From NCBI RefSeq assembly GCF_009914755.1, contig NC_060932.1: DNA of 64,000 nucleotides; one strand, given 5' to 3'. The notes under the pieces are model-generated. The model saw only the letters and a program-made list of their open reading frames with translations, had not been told where the DNA came from and searched no databases. The translations under genes and the position numbers were made by a program. Source of the stretch: the human T2T-CHM13v2.0 reference genome, Homo sapiens. Shown piece by piece: positions 1 through 15,963 of this stretch. The stretch's first letter is position 1. Each line of letters opens with the position of its first letter.

Positions 1-55
1 TTTTATGTGACATTCTATATATAGCTTTCTCTTCAACTAGTTAAAATTTTTTTTT

Positions 56-3000
56 CTGGTTCATTGAAATTTATTGACATTACAATGTACTGCTCAAAGA
101 AATCAGAGGTGACACAAACAAATGGAAAAACATTTCATTCTCATGGATAGGAAGAAGTATCAATATTATTAAAATGGCCATACTGCCCAAAGCAATTTAC
201 AGATTCAATGCAATTCCTATCAAACTACCAATGAGAGAAGAAGGGTGGAGAAAGATGGCAGAATTGAAGTCTCCACCGATTATTCTTCCCATCCGCAGCA
301 AAGACAGGAACTCTTTGCCAGTTCCTATGTCCAGAATGGTATTGCCTAGGTTGTATTCCAGGATTTTTATAATTTTGGGTTTTGCATTGGACTCTGTAAT
401 CTATTTTGAGTTGATTTTTGTATATGATGTAAGGAAAGGGTCCAGTTTCAGTCTTCTGCATATTGCTAGCCAGTTATTCTAGTACCATTTATTGGAGTCC
501 TTTCCCAATTTCTTGTTTTTTTTTTTTTTTTCTTTTTGTCAGTTTTGTCAAAGATCATATGTTGTAGGTGTGTGGCCTTACTTCTAGGCTCTCCATGCTA
601 TTTCATTGTTCTATGTGTCTGTTTTCATACCAGTATCATGCTGCTTTTGTTACTGTAGCCCTGTAGTGTAGTTTGAAGTTGGGTAATGTGATGTCTCCAG
701 CTTTTTTATTTTTGCTTAGGATTGCCTTGGCTATTTGGGCCCTTTTAGCGTTCCATATGAATTTTAAAATAGTTTTTTTTTCTAGTTCTGTGAAGAATGT
801 GAAGCTAATTGTTAACTTGGTATCCTTGCAGGTGGGGAACAATTAGTGGAGCCTTCCATTCTGCCATATTGCTCCACCCTTCTTCTCTCATTGGTAGTTT
901 GATAGGAATTGCAGTGAATCTATAAATTGCTTTGGGCAGTATGGCCATTTTAATAATATTGATTCTTTTTATCTATGAGCATGGAATGTTTTTCCATTTG
1001 TTTGTGCCATTTCTGATTTCTTTGAGCAGTACTTTGTAATTCTCATTGTAGAGATTTTTCACCTCTCTGGTTAGCTGTTTCCTAGGTATTTTATTCTTTT
1101 TGTGGTAACTGTAAGTGGGATTGTGTTCCTGATTTGGCTTTTGGCTTGCCTATTGTTGGTATATAGTAGTGTCAGTGATTTTCGTATACTGATTTTGTAA
1201 CCTGGGACTTTGCTGAAATTGTTTATCAGCTGAAGGAGATTTTGGGCTGAGCTTTTGGGTGTTTTCTAGATATAGAATTATGTTATCTGCAACCAGGGAT
1301 ACTTTGACTTCTCTTTTCCTATTTGGATGCCCTTTATTTCTTTCTCTTACCTGACTACTTTGGCCAGGACTTCCAATACTATGTTGAATAGGAGTGGTGA
1401 GAGAGGGCATCCTTGTCTTGTGTCAGTTTTCAAGGGGGGAATTTTTCCAGTTTTTGCTTATTTAGTATGATGTTGGCTGTGGGTTTGTCATAAATGGCTC
1501 TTATTATTTCGAGGTATTTTCATTCAATACCTAGTGTATCGAGAGTTTTTAACATGAAGAGACAATGAATTTTATTGAAAGCCTTTTTTGCATCCATCGA
1601 GATTACCATGTGGTTTTTGTCTTTGGTTCTATTTATGTGATGAATCACATTTATTGATTTGTGTATGTTGAACCAACCTTGCATTCCAGGAATAAAGTCC
1701 AAAGCCTGCTCGATTGTGGTGGATTAGCTTTTTCTGATGTGCTGCTGGATTTGGTTTACAAGTATTTTGTGGAGGATTTTCACGTCAATGTTTATCAAGA
1801 ATATTAGCCTGAAGTTTTCTTTTTTTGTATGTGTCTCTGCCAGATTTTGGTGTTGGGATGATGCTGGCCTCATAGAATAAGTTGGAGAAGACTTCTCAAA
1901 ATTTTGGAATTGTTTAGTAGGAATGCCACCACCTCTTCTTTGTACATCTGGTGGAATTCAGCCATGAATTCTTCTGGTCCTGGGTTTTTTTTATTGGTAG
2001 GATATGTATTACTGATTTAATTTCAGAGCTCATTCTTGGTCTGTTCAACGAATCAGTTTCTTCCTGGTTCAGTTTTGGGAGAGTGTGTGTCCAGGAATTT
2101 ATCCATCTCTTCTAGCTTTTCTAGTTTGTGTGCTTAGAGGTATTCATAGCAGTCTCTTATGGTTGTATGTATTTCTGTGGGGTCAGTGGTTACATCCCCT
2201 TTGTGATTTCTAATTGTGTTTATTTGGAACTTCTCATTTTTCTTCTTCATTGGTCTAGTTAGTGGCCTGTCTTATTAGTTTTTTTTAACCAACTCCTGGA
2301 TTTGTTGATCTTTTGTATGGTTTTTCATGTCTTGATCTCCTTCAGTTTAGCTCTGATTTTGGTTATTTCTTGTCTTCTGCCAGCTTTGAGGTTTGTTTTC
2401 TTATGCTTCTCTAGTTCTTTTAGTTGCAATGTTAGGTTGTTAATTTGAGATCTTTTTAACTTTTTGATGTAGGTATTTATTGCTATAAATTTCCCTCTTA
2501 ACACTGCCTTAGCTGTGTCCCAGAGATTCTGGTATGTTTCCTCTTTGTTTTCATTACTTCCAGAGAACTTCTTGATTTTTTGCCTTAATGTTATCATTTA
2601 CCCAAAAGTCATTCAGCAGGAGGTTGTTTAATTTACATGTAATTGCATAGTTTTGAGCAATTTTTACATATTTATTTCTATTTTTATTTTGTTGTGCTCT
2701 GAGAGTGTGTTTGGTATGATTTCAGTTCTTTTGCATTTGCTAAGGATTGTTTTATGTCCAATTGTGTGGTCATTTTTGAGTGTGTGCCACATGGTAATGA
2801 GAAGAATGTATATTCTGTTGTTTTTGGGTGGCAAGTTCTGTAGAAGTCTATTAGATTCACTTGGTCCAATGTTGAGTTCATGTCCTAAATATCTTTGTTA
2901 ATTTTCTGCCTAGAAGATCTGTATAATACCATCAGTGGAGTGTTGAAGTCTCCCACTGTTAAGGGAGTCTCAAATCTCTTTGTAGGTCTCTAAGAAATTG

Positions 3001-6000
3001 CTTTATGAATCTGGGTGCTCCTGTGTTGGGTGCATATATATTTAAGACAGTTACGTCTTCTTGCTGAATTGAATATTTTACCATTACGTAATGCCCTTCT
3101 TTTTTTAATTTTTGTTGGTTTAATGTCTACTTTGTCTGAAATTAGGATTGCAATTCCTGCTTTTTTCTGATTTTCACATGCTTGGTAGATTTTCTTCCAT
3201 CCCTTTATTTTGAGCCAATGGGTGTCACATGTGACATGGGGCTCCTGAAGACAGCATATCATTGGATCTTCCTTTTTCTCCAGCTTGCCACTCTGTGCCT
3301 TTAAAATGGGGCATTTAGCTCATTTACATTCAAGGTTAGTATTGATATGTGTGGATTTAATTCTGTCATTGTGTTATCAGTTGGCTATTATGCTAGCTTG
3401 TTGGGGTGGTTGCTTTATAGTGTCACTGGTTTGTGTGTTGAAGTATGTTTTTGTATGAGCTGGTGGCAGTATTTCCCTTATATATTTAGTGTTCCTTTCA
3501 AGATCTCTTGTAAGGCAGGTCTGGTAGTAACAAACTCTCTCAATCCCAAATACGAAAAGGGTCTTATTTCTCTTTCACTGAGGAAGCTCAGTTTGGCTGT
3601 ATATTAAATTCTTGGTTGAAGATTTTTTTTTAAGGATGTTGAATGAAGGCCCCCAATCTTTTCTGGCTTGCAGGGTTTCAGCTGAGAGGTCTGCTGTTAG
3701 CCTGATAGGGTTCCCTTTGCAGGTGAACTGCCCTTTCTCTCTAGATGCTTTTAATATTCTTTTTCTTCATTTTGACCTTGGAAAATCTGATGATTATATC
3801 TTGGGGATGATCTTTTTGTGTAGAATCTTGCAGGGTTCTCTGTATTTCCAGAATTTGACTGTTGGCCTCTCTAGCAACGTTGGGAAAGTTTTCATGGATG
3901 ATATCCTGAAATATATTTTCCAAGTTTTTTTGCTTTCTCCCTGTCTCTTTCAGAGATGATAGTGATGTGTAGATTTGACATATTTACATAATCTCCTATT
4001 TCTTGGATGTTTCATTTGTTCCTTTTCATCCCTTTTTCTTTATTTTTGTCTGCTGTCTTATTTCAGAGAGCCAGTCTTCAAGTTCCAAGATTCATTCCTC
4101 AGCTTGGTATATTTTGCTGTTAATACTTGCAATTGCATTGTGAAATTCTTGCAGTGTGTTTGTAAGCTCTATCAGATTAGTTAGGTTCCTTTTTATACTG
4201 GCTATTTTATCAGTCATCTCCTGTATTGTTTTATTTTGATTCTTAGTTTCCTTGTATTGGATTCTGCATTTTGCTGAATCTCAATGATCTTCATTTCTAT
4301 CCGTATTCTGAATTCTATTTCTGTCATTTCAGGCAACTAAACCTAGTTAAGAACCCTTGTTGGAGAACTAGTGCATTCATTTGGAGGATTAGTACAGTCA
4401 TTTGGAGAATATAAGACACTCTGCCATTTGAGTTGCCAGAGTTCTTGCATTGGTTCTTTCTAATCTCTGCATGTGGATTTTCCTTTAACTGCTGGGATGC
4501 CTCTGATTGAAGTAGTTAGGTGGGGCCAGGATGATTGTGCTGCAGTCCCATGTTGGGTGGCCCTGCCTAGTGAGGAGGCATGAGGACTGCGACCTGCATG
4601 GAGAATAGTTCACCCACTTTTCCATGAAGTGAGTGCTCTGTGCTGGGGTCTGAATCAGCTCCTGGTCCTCATGGATTCTCCAGAGCCTGGAGACAGCAAG
4701 GGTGGGGCCATGAGACTGCAAAATGGCAACCCCCACTCCTACTGGGAGCTCTGACTCAGGGAGTTGCAGGGCTTCTACTGGAGACCCAGGCTGTGAGATC
4801 CTACCCAGTGAGGAGATATGAGATCAGGGACAATTGTATCTCCTCAGCAAAGTCTGACCACTTTGCTGCAGGGCTGCTGCATTATGTTGGTGTTCTGCTC
4901 CAGTCCCTAGCCACCGTAGATTTTTCCAGCACCTGAAGGTATCAACTGTGAAGGCTGTGAAATGGCAAAGTCAGCGGTCTGCTCCTCCCTCTGGGAGCTC
5001 CATCCCAGGGAGGTACATATCTGTTTCCAGCCTGAACACACCGGCAGTGGTAGTTGTAGACCTCGGTCAGGAGATCCCACCCAGTGAAGAGAAATGGGAT
5101 CTGGGACCCATGTGAAAAAGCAATCTGGCCAATTCTCCATGGAGCTGCTGTGCTGTGCCAGGGGGACCACTCCAGTCCCTAGTTGCCTCAGATTCCCTAG
5201 ATCCCAAAGGCAACATTGACAAAGGCTATGAAACAGCAAAAATGGCAGTCCATCCTTCCCCCTGGGAGCCCTGTGCCAGGGAGTCTTGGAACCACTGACA
5301 GCTGGAAAACACTGGCAAAGGTTGCTGGTGACCCTGGTCAGGAGGTCCCACCAGGTGAGAAGAAGCAGGTTTGGGGATTCACATTTAAAAAGTGGTCTGG
5401 ACACTTTTCCACAGGGCAGCTGCACTGAAGGCAACAACCACTAAGGTTGCAAAATAGAAAAGATGGTGGCTCACCCCGTCCTCTGGGAGCTCTGTCTCAG
5501 GGAGGTGTAACGTTGCTGCTGGTGGCTGGCTGCAGTTCCAAACTAGTGGGTCTTACCCTGAAAGGTGCATGGAGGCAGGGCCTGCAGACCATCACCGCTC
5601 AGCCCCCTGGATTCAGCTCCTTTTCTAGCAGTATGAATGGGAGTCTAACCTCCCACTTTGCCTGAATTGTAGCCACTTTCTCTGGGAAGTGCAGATATCT
5701 AAAGCTTTTGGGGCTCCTCGTGTGCCTGAGTAACCAGCTGCTTCGCCAAGACTCCATGTAGCTCTGCGTGTCAGACTGCAGGCCCTCGTGGAATGGGTTC
5801 ATGAGGGGATCTCCTGACCCAAGGGTTGCAAAAATCTATGGGAGAAGTGTGGGTCCCTGGGGTTGCTCATTCACTTACCACTTCCCTTGGTGGGGGAGGC
5901 TCCGTTGGCTCTGTGTTGCTTCTGGGTGGGTGGTTGTCTTGTCTTGCTTTTCTCCATTCTCTGTGGTTCAAGGAATTTTCTTGATGAATTTCAATGTGTG

Positions 6001-6118
6001 CACCTGGGAGTTTCAGTTGAAGGAACTGAATTTACCCACCTCTTCTATTTCTCTCCATGAGAGCAGTGCACAGTAACTGCTTCCAGTAACTGCTTCCAGT
6101 CAGCCATCTTGGTCAGCC
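56..6118 (-). mobile_element. Old L1 (L1PA13-16/L1PB-age) with 5'UTR, decayed ORF1 and partial ORF2; 3' end rearranged
   Basis: Minus-strand fragments translate to L1 ORF1 (MENIFQDIIHENFPNVAREAN) and ORF2 ([23 protein letters not shown]). The 5' end reads CCAAGATGGCTGAC near 6112-6099. Candidate TSD TAAAATT(T/C)TTTTTT at 42-55 and 6119-6132 (13/14 match) in TT/AAAA context. Confidence 0.9.
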
Positions 6119-6699
6119 TAAAATTCTTTTTTAAGAAAAGCTGTGGAAACATCATTTTAAAGCTGAGGACATTTGGTTCAAAGCTCTATCATATCTGTGC
6201 TTTTGAAGGGCAGGGACTATATCCCCCCAAATAAGCATAGTGTCAATAACTTAGTTTTATCAGCTCACTGTTGTATGCCTGGTGAGCTCCACAGATATTA
6301 CTTACCTTTTCCCAAGGTTGGATAGTATGTTTGTGCCAATGCAAAATTGAGTCCAGTTTTGTAATTACTTCTTTTTCTAAGATCTTTCCTCTACATTTAC
6401 TATTCCTTGGTTCACTGAGAGATCAAATGTAAATAACCTTAAGATATGAGCTCTACATTAACACTTAATGTGAAAAATGGTCTGTTTTCACCTTGGGTTA
6501 ATGGAATTCCATGAGGAAAATAGATGACTTTTGGCTTTTGGCTAAATGCAAGAGGATCTTTCAGGTATCTCCAAAATACTGCCTCCCTGATTGGTGATTT
6601 CTTCATTTGGCTTACCTGTGAAAATTCCTGCATGCTTTGGTGGTGGTGCTGGTGATCTTGGGGGAAAAGCCAGGGAAAAAAGGAGAAAACAGGTGACTC

Positions 6700-7318
6700 T
6701 GATCTTTTACTGTGTGCAGCATAGTGATGGTTCCAGCTCCTGTCCCTTTTGATCTACTGCAACATCCATGCCAACCTCATGTTTCTGTGGGCTGCTCCCA
6801 GCTGATAAGTGAAGATGGCAAAGATTTTATGGCAGGCTTATTTTGGCAATATTAAAGAATTCTTCCAGCAAAAGACTTTGGCTTTTGGACATCCATCAGG
6901 ATTTTTTTTTTCTTTCAATAGTGCTGTTGTTGAAGTTTCTTTCTGCTAAGTTCTCCTTCCATAGCTGTCAGACCTACATTGTAGTCCAATAGCACCTTGT
7001 CCCATTTCTTTCTAATAAACCCTCTGCACTCCTAACCCTGTTTTGGTGTTTGCTCCTCAGAAGACCCAACCTAATGTGTTAGTGAGAGTGCTCCAAGACA
7101 GCAGGTAGTAAGGTGGAGATTTGGAACTGGCTAACCCACTTCCTGGGGGCAAAGAGAACATCATCCTGAGTAGTGGGTTGGCCATAGATGCCCGTGGTAC
7201 AAGGTAGTAGTCTAATTGCAAAAGAGTTCACTGGTGAGACTGAAAAATGTTTGGGTGGTGGGGAATGCGATTACACATGTGAGTGACAGTGAAGGTGACT
7301 GATAGCTGCTAAATTCTA
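6700..7318 (+). mobile_element. ERVL LTR (LTR16-like) plus start of internal sequence
   Basis: CTAATAAACCCTCTGCACTCCTAA...AGAAGACCCAACCTAA resembles an LTR16 3' end and is followed by an ERV3-16A3-like leader (recalled). Boundaries approximate. Confidence 0.55.
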
Positions 7319-7322
7319 TTAA

Positions 7323-7565
7323 CCCATTTCCCGTTTGCCCTGAGAATACTTGTGTCTAATCCTAATGTTACATCACATAATTTCTGTTACATTAGGATTA
7401 GAGACACGTTCTGTTTAGAAAGCACTCCAAGAACAGTTTTTATATTTTATTTTCACATTGAAAATCAGTCAGATTTGCTTCAGCCTCAAAGAGTGTGCTT
7501 ATGTAGAATCAAATGAGCACTGGCAGCAAGCTGCACTTTTTTTTTTTTTCTAAATGAGAAACGGG
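7323..7565 (+). mobile_element. piggyBac-family MITE (MER75B-like)
   Basis: 243 bp flanked by TTAA at 7319-7322 and 7566-7569. Termini CCCATTTCCCGTTT...AAATGAGAAACGGG. Internal inverted repeat CTAATCCTAATGT/ACATTAGGATTAG. Confidence 0.85.
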
Positions 7566-7794
7566 TTAAAGCCTTGAAGAAGGGTAATGAGAAATAGAGG
7601 GCCATGGAAAAATAGCCCTGAAAATAGAAGAGGAACCAATTTTGTGATTAGTTAAGAATCATAGAAACCAAACCAAACCAAACACAAGTTTACCAACCAC
7701 ACCACTTTGTACCTAATAATGGGTTTTTGTTTAATTAGCTTCTGTATGTATATTTGTGTATATATGCAACCCACATATGTATACACAGACACGC

Positions 7795-8142
7795 AATCAC
7801 TTCTCAACTTACATAAATAGACTTACTTCCCACTAAACCATCATATGTTGAAAATATTATAAATTGATAATATGTTTCGTACACCTAACCTACTGAACAT
7901 CATAGCTTAGCCTAGTCTACCTTAAAGGGGCTCAGAACACTTAGATTGGCCAAGAAAATTACCTAACACATTTTAAAATAAAGTACTGAGTACCTCATGT
8001 AATTTATTGAACACTGTACTGAAAGTGAAAAACTGAATGGTTGTATGGGTAGTTGAAATACATTTTCTACTGAATGTGTGTCACTTTTACACTATTGTAA
8101 AGTAAAAAAATTGTAAGTTGAACCATCCTAACTCAGGCACTT
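7795..8142. mobile_element. Tigger-family MITE (MER47A-like)
   Basis: ACACCTAACCTACTGAACATCATAGCTTAGCCTAG and TGTACTGAAAGTGAAAAA blocks match the recalled MER47 consensus. Confidence 0.7.
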
Positions 8143-8725
8143 TTGGACCCAAAATTAAGGCTGGCAACAGAAGGTAGGAAGAAATGGACATTACATTTCT
8201 GTATAACACTAGCGTCTCCTAGACAGGGAGGTTAGTTCACTCAGTGGTGAATTGCACTTGTTTCTAATCTTAAAATGCACAGATGGCATTCATTTACATC
8301 TTAGATTTGCATAGTATTTTTCCTCCAAATGATTCAGAGCCTGTACAATATAGAAAAGCATGGCGCACTTTGCTTAAAAACTTTGCTAGAAAAACTCACT
8401 GATAATTAAAGTATGGTTATGATAAAATGGGTGATATGAAAGTGGCAAGTTTGGTGTAAAAGAAATGGGACTCAGGACATCATATGTTGTGTTTTTCCTG
8501 TAGTATTTTGATTCCATTTTCCTTTGATTGAATGATTTCTAGTCTTTACTTTCTCATTCTTTCTTATCCTCTGCCTAGATTGAGCAAAGGATATTTCCTC
8601 CAATCCTGATTGCTCTTGTTACTGAATTATTTTCTCAACTGCCTGAAAATGTTTTTTCCCTTTGTTTTGGAGGCAACTCTCTTTTTGTTGTCTCTTTAGT
8701 ACTGAGATCACTGATATAATTTTTT

Positions 8726-9000
8726 TTTTCAGAGTACAACAACATTTATTTTTCATTTCTTCTTTTTAAACTTTTTATTTTGAAATAATTATAGATTCAC
8801 AAAAAGTTCCAAAAATAATGGTACAGGAGACCCTGTACCCACTTCACCTAGCCTCCACCAGTGGTAATATCTTACATAACTATAGTGCATTATCAAAACT
8901 GGGACATCAACATTGGTAAAATCCACAGAATTTGTTCAGATTTCACCAGGTTATATACACTCACTGTGTGTAATTTTTTTGTAATTGTATCATATGTAGA
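8726..9000 (-). other. 3'-transduced segment carried by the adjacent L1; contains an old L1MC-like 3' fragment
   Basis: Lies between the L1's own A-rich tail (~9001-9021) and the TSD copy at 8709-8725. Has a minus-strand AATAAA at 8750-8745 followed by an A-run. Confidence 0.85.
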
Positions 9001-9225
9001 TTTTCTTTTTATTTTATTTTTATTATACTTTAAGTTTTAGGGTACATGTGCACAACGTGCAGGTTTGTTACATATGTATACATGCGCCATATTGGTGTGC
9101 TGCACCCATTAACTCGTCATTTAGCATTAGGTATATCTCCTAATGTTATCCCTCCCCCCACCCCCACCCCACAACCGTCCCTGGTGTGTGATGTTCCCCT
9201 TCCCGTGTCCATGTGTTCTCATTGT

Positions 9226-13038
<3,813 letters not shown>

Positions 13039-13101
13039 TATGATGTTAGCTGGTTATTTTGCTCGTTAGTTGATGCAGTTTCTTCCTAGCCTGGATGGTC
13101 T

Positions 13102-14170
13102 TTACAATTTGGCACGTTTTTGCAGTGGCTGGTACCGGTTTTTCCTTTCCATGTTTAGTGCTTCCTTCAGGAGCTCTTTTAGGGCAGGCCTGGTGGTGAC
13201 AAAATCTCTCAGCATTTGCTTGTCTGTAAAGTATTTTATTTCTCCTTCACTTATGAAGCTTAGTTTGGCTGGATATGAAATTCTGGGTTGAAAATTCTTG
13301 TCTTTAAGAAGTTGACTATTGGCCCCCACTCTCTTCTGGCTTGCAGAGTTTCTGCTGAGAGATCAGCTGTTAGTCTGATGGGCTTCCCTTTGTGGGTAAC
13401 CCGACCTTTCTCTCTGGCTGCCCTTAGCATTTTGTCCTTCATTTCAACTTTGGTGAATACGAGAATTATGTGTCTTGGAGTTGCTCTTCTCGAGGATTAT
13501 CTTTGTGGTGTTCTCTGTATTTGCTTAATCTGAATGTTGGCCTGCCTTGCTAGATTGTGGAAGTTCTCCTGGATAATATCCTGCAGAATGTTTTCCAAGT
13601 TGATTCCATTCTCCCCATCACTTTCAGGTACACCAATTAGATGTAGATTTGGTCTTTTCACATAGTCCCATATTTCTTGGAGGCTTTGTTCATTTCTTTT
13701 TATTCTTTTTTCTCTAAAGTTCTCTTCATGCTTCATTTCATTCATTTCATCTTCCATCTGTGATACCCATTCCTCCAGTTCATCGCATTGGTTACTGAGG
13801 CTTGTGCATTCATCACTTAGTTCTTGTGCCTTGATTTTCAGCTCCATCAGGTCCTTTAAGGATTGCTCTGCTTTGGTTATTCTAGTTATCCATTCGTCCA
13901 ATTTTTTTTCAAAGTTTTTAACTCGTTTACCATGGGTTTGAACTTCCTCCTTTAGCTCGGAGTAGTTTGATCATCTGAAGCCTTCTTCTCTCAACTCGTC
14001 AAAGTCATTCTCCTTCCAGCTTTGTTTCATTGCTGGAGAGGAGCTGCGTTCCTTTGGAGGAGGAGAGGAGCTCTGATTTTTAGAGTTTGCAGTTTTTCTG
14101 CTCTGTTTTTTCCCCATCTTTTTGGTTTTATCTACCTTTGGTCTTTGATGATTGTGATGTACAGATGGGT
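13102..14170 (-). pseudogene. L1 ORF1, disrupted
   Basis: EQSLQEIWDYVKRPNL, GKPIRLTADLSAETLQARREW and YPAKLSF peptides in different frames. Start boundary approximate. Confidence 0.9.
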
Positions 14171-14691
14171 TTTTGGTGTGGATGTCCTTTCTGTTTGTTA
14201 GTTTTCCTTCTAACAGTCAGGACCCTCAGCTGCAGGTCTGTTGGAGTTTGCTGGAGGTCCATTCCAGACCCTGTTTGCCTGGGTATCAGCAGTGGTGGCT
14301 GCAGAACAGCAGATATTGGTGAACCGCAAATGCTGCTGCCTGATTGTTCCTCTGGAAGTTTTGTCTCAGAGGAGTACCCAGCCGTGTGAGGTGTCAGTCC
14401 ACCCCTAATGGGTGGTGTCTCCCAGTTAGGCTACTCTGGGGTCAGGGACCCACTTGAGGAGGCAGTCTGCCCATTCTCAGATCTCAAACTGCGTGCGGGG
14501 AGAACCACTACTCTCTTCAAAGCTGTCAGACAGGGACATTTAAGTCTGCAGAGGTTATTGCTGTCTTTTTTTGTCTGTGCCCTGCCCCCAGAGGTGGAGT
14601 CTACAGAGGCCGGCAGGCCTCCTTGATCTGTGGTGGGCTCCACCGAGTTCGAGCTTCCTGGCCGCTTTGTTTACCTACTCAAGCCTGAGCA

Positions 14692-14766
14692 ATGGCGGGC
14701 GCCCCTCCCCCAGCCTCGCTGCCACCTTGCAGCTTGATCTCAGACTGCTGTGCTAGCAATGAGTGA
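14692..14766 (+). pseudogene. L1 antisense ORF0, truncated at codon 25
   Basis: ATG at 14692 gives MAGAPPPASLPPCSLISDCCASNE followed by TGA. This matches the known ORF0 N-terminus. Confidence 0.8.
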
Positions 14767-15589
14767 GGCTCCGTGGGCATAGGACCCTCCGAGCCAGGTG
14801 CGGGATATAATCTCCTGATGTGCCGTTTGTTATAATCTCCTGGTGTGCCGGGATATAATCTCCTGATGTGCCGGGATATAATCTCCTGTTGTGCCGTTTG
14901 TTAAGCCTGTGTGCCATTTGAAAAGCGCAGTATTAGGGTGGGAGTGACCCAATTTTCCAGGTGCCGTCTGTCGCCTCTTTCTTTGACTAGGGAAGGGAAT
15001 TCCCTGATCCCTTGTGCTTCCCAGGTGAGGCGATGCCTTGCCCTGCTTCGGCTCATGCATGGTGCGCTGCACCCACTGTCCTGCACCCACTGTCTGGCAC
15101 TCCCCAGTGAGATGAACCCGGTACCTCATTTGGAAATGCAGAAATCACCCATCTTCTGCATTGCTCACGCTGGGAGCCGTAGACTGGAGCTGTTCCTATT
15201 TGGCCATCTTGGCTCCATCCCCACTGATATAATTTTTTAAGTGGTGACTTATATATCTTGGTTTTTATTTATTACCATTTGACCTTTTAAATTTTTGTCT
15301 AAATAATAAAAAAACTTTATCAGAAATGTTCCACAAAAATCTAAGTATAAATAGTGCAGTCTTAAGTTATTGCCACAAGAGTGGTTCTTAGTGATAAGTA
15401 TAGGAAGCAAAAGACTTCTGGTCAATGTCACAATGTTGGATGTATATTCTAGTTCACACTTGTCCTTTTGTTAATAAAAAAATTGAAGTCTAGATATGTT
15501 AAAACTGGTGGTCAGCTTTATCCAGGAACGAAAAGAGAAAATTTCACCATTTGGGGCTCTTACCTTACTCTTTTTAATAGAATTATAAT

Positions 15590-15868
15590 ATAAAATTACA
15601 GCTAGATAGGAGGAATAAGTTATAGTGGTCTATATCATTGTAGGATGACTATAGTTAACAATAATATATTTTATAGTCTCAGACAGCTAGAAGGAGGATA
15701 TTGAACATTCCTAACACAAAGAAATGATAAATGTTTATGATGATGGATTTACTGATTATCTTGTTCTGATCAATATACATTATATGTATTGAAACTTCAC
15801 TATGTACCTGATGAATATGCACAATTATTATGTCAATTATAAAATGAAATTGAATTAAAAATAAAAAT
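15590..15868 (+). mobile_element. L1MA-type 3' end fragment
   Basis: ACAGCTAGATAGGAGGAATAAGTT...ACACAAAGAAATGATAAATGTTT...ACAATTATTATGTCAATT followed by an A-rich tail. Confidence 0.75.
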
Positions 15869-15963
15869 ATTATGGTTAACATTTTTTAAAAATGGAACTA
15901 TGAGTTTAACACATTCCATAATGTACCTCTCTTTTGAAAAGAATCAGTTTAGAATTTTGTAAC

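Noticed and set aside
4485-6076. GC-rich ORFs and internal repeats
   Set aside because: They lie in the long, internally repetitive 5'UTR of the old L1. The 13-bp tandem CAGTAACTGCTTC near 6071 is simple slippage.
6439-6633. Short ORF with a minus-strand CAG/GTAAG donor near 6615
   Set aside because: No convincing exon partner or protein similarity.
14802-14895. 23-bp repeats as a CRISPR-like array
   Set aside because: The copies are head-to-tail with no unique spacers and derive from the L1 5'UTR; there are no cas-like genes.
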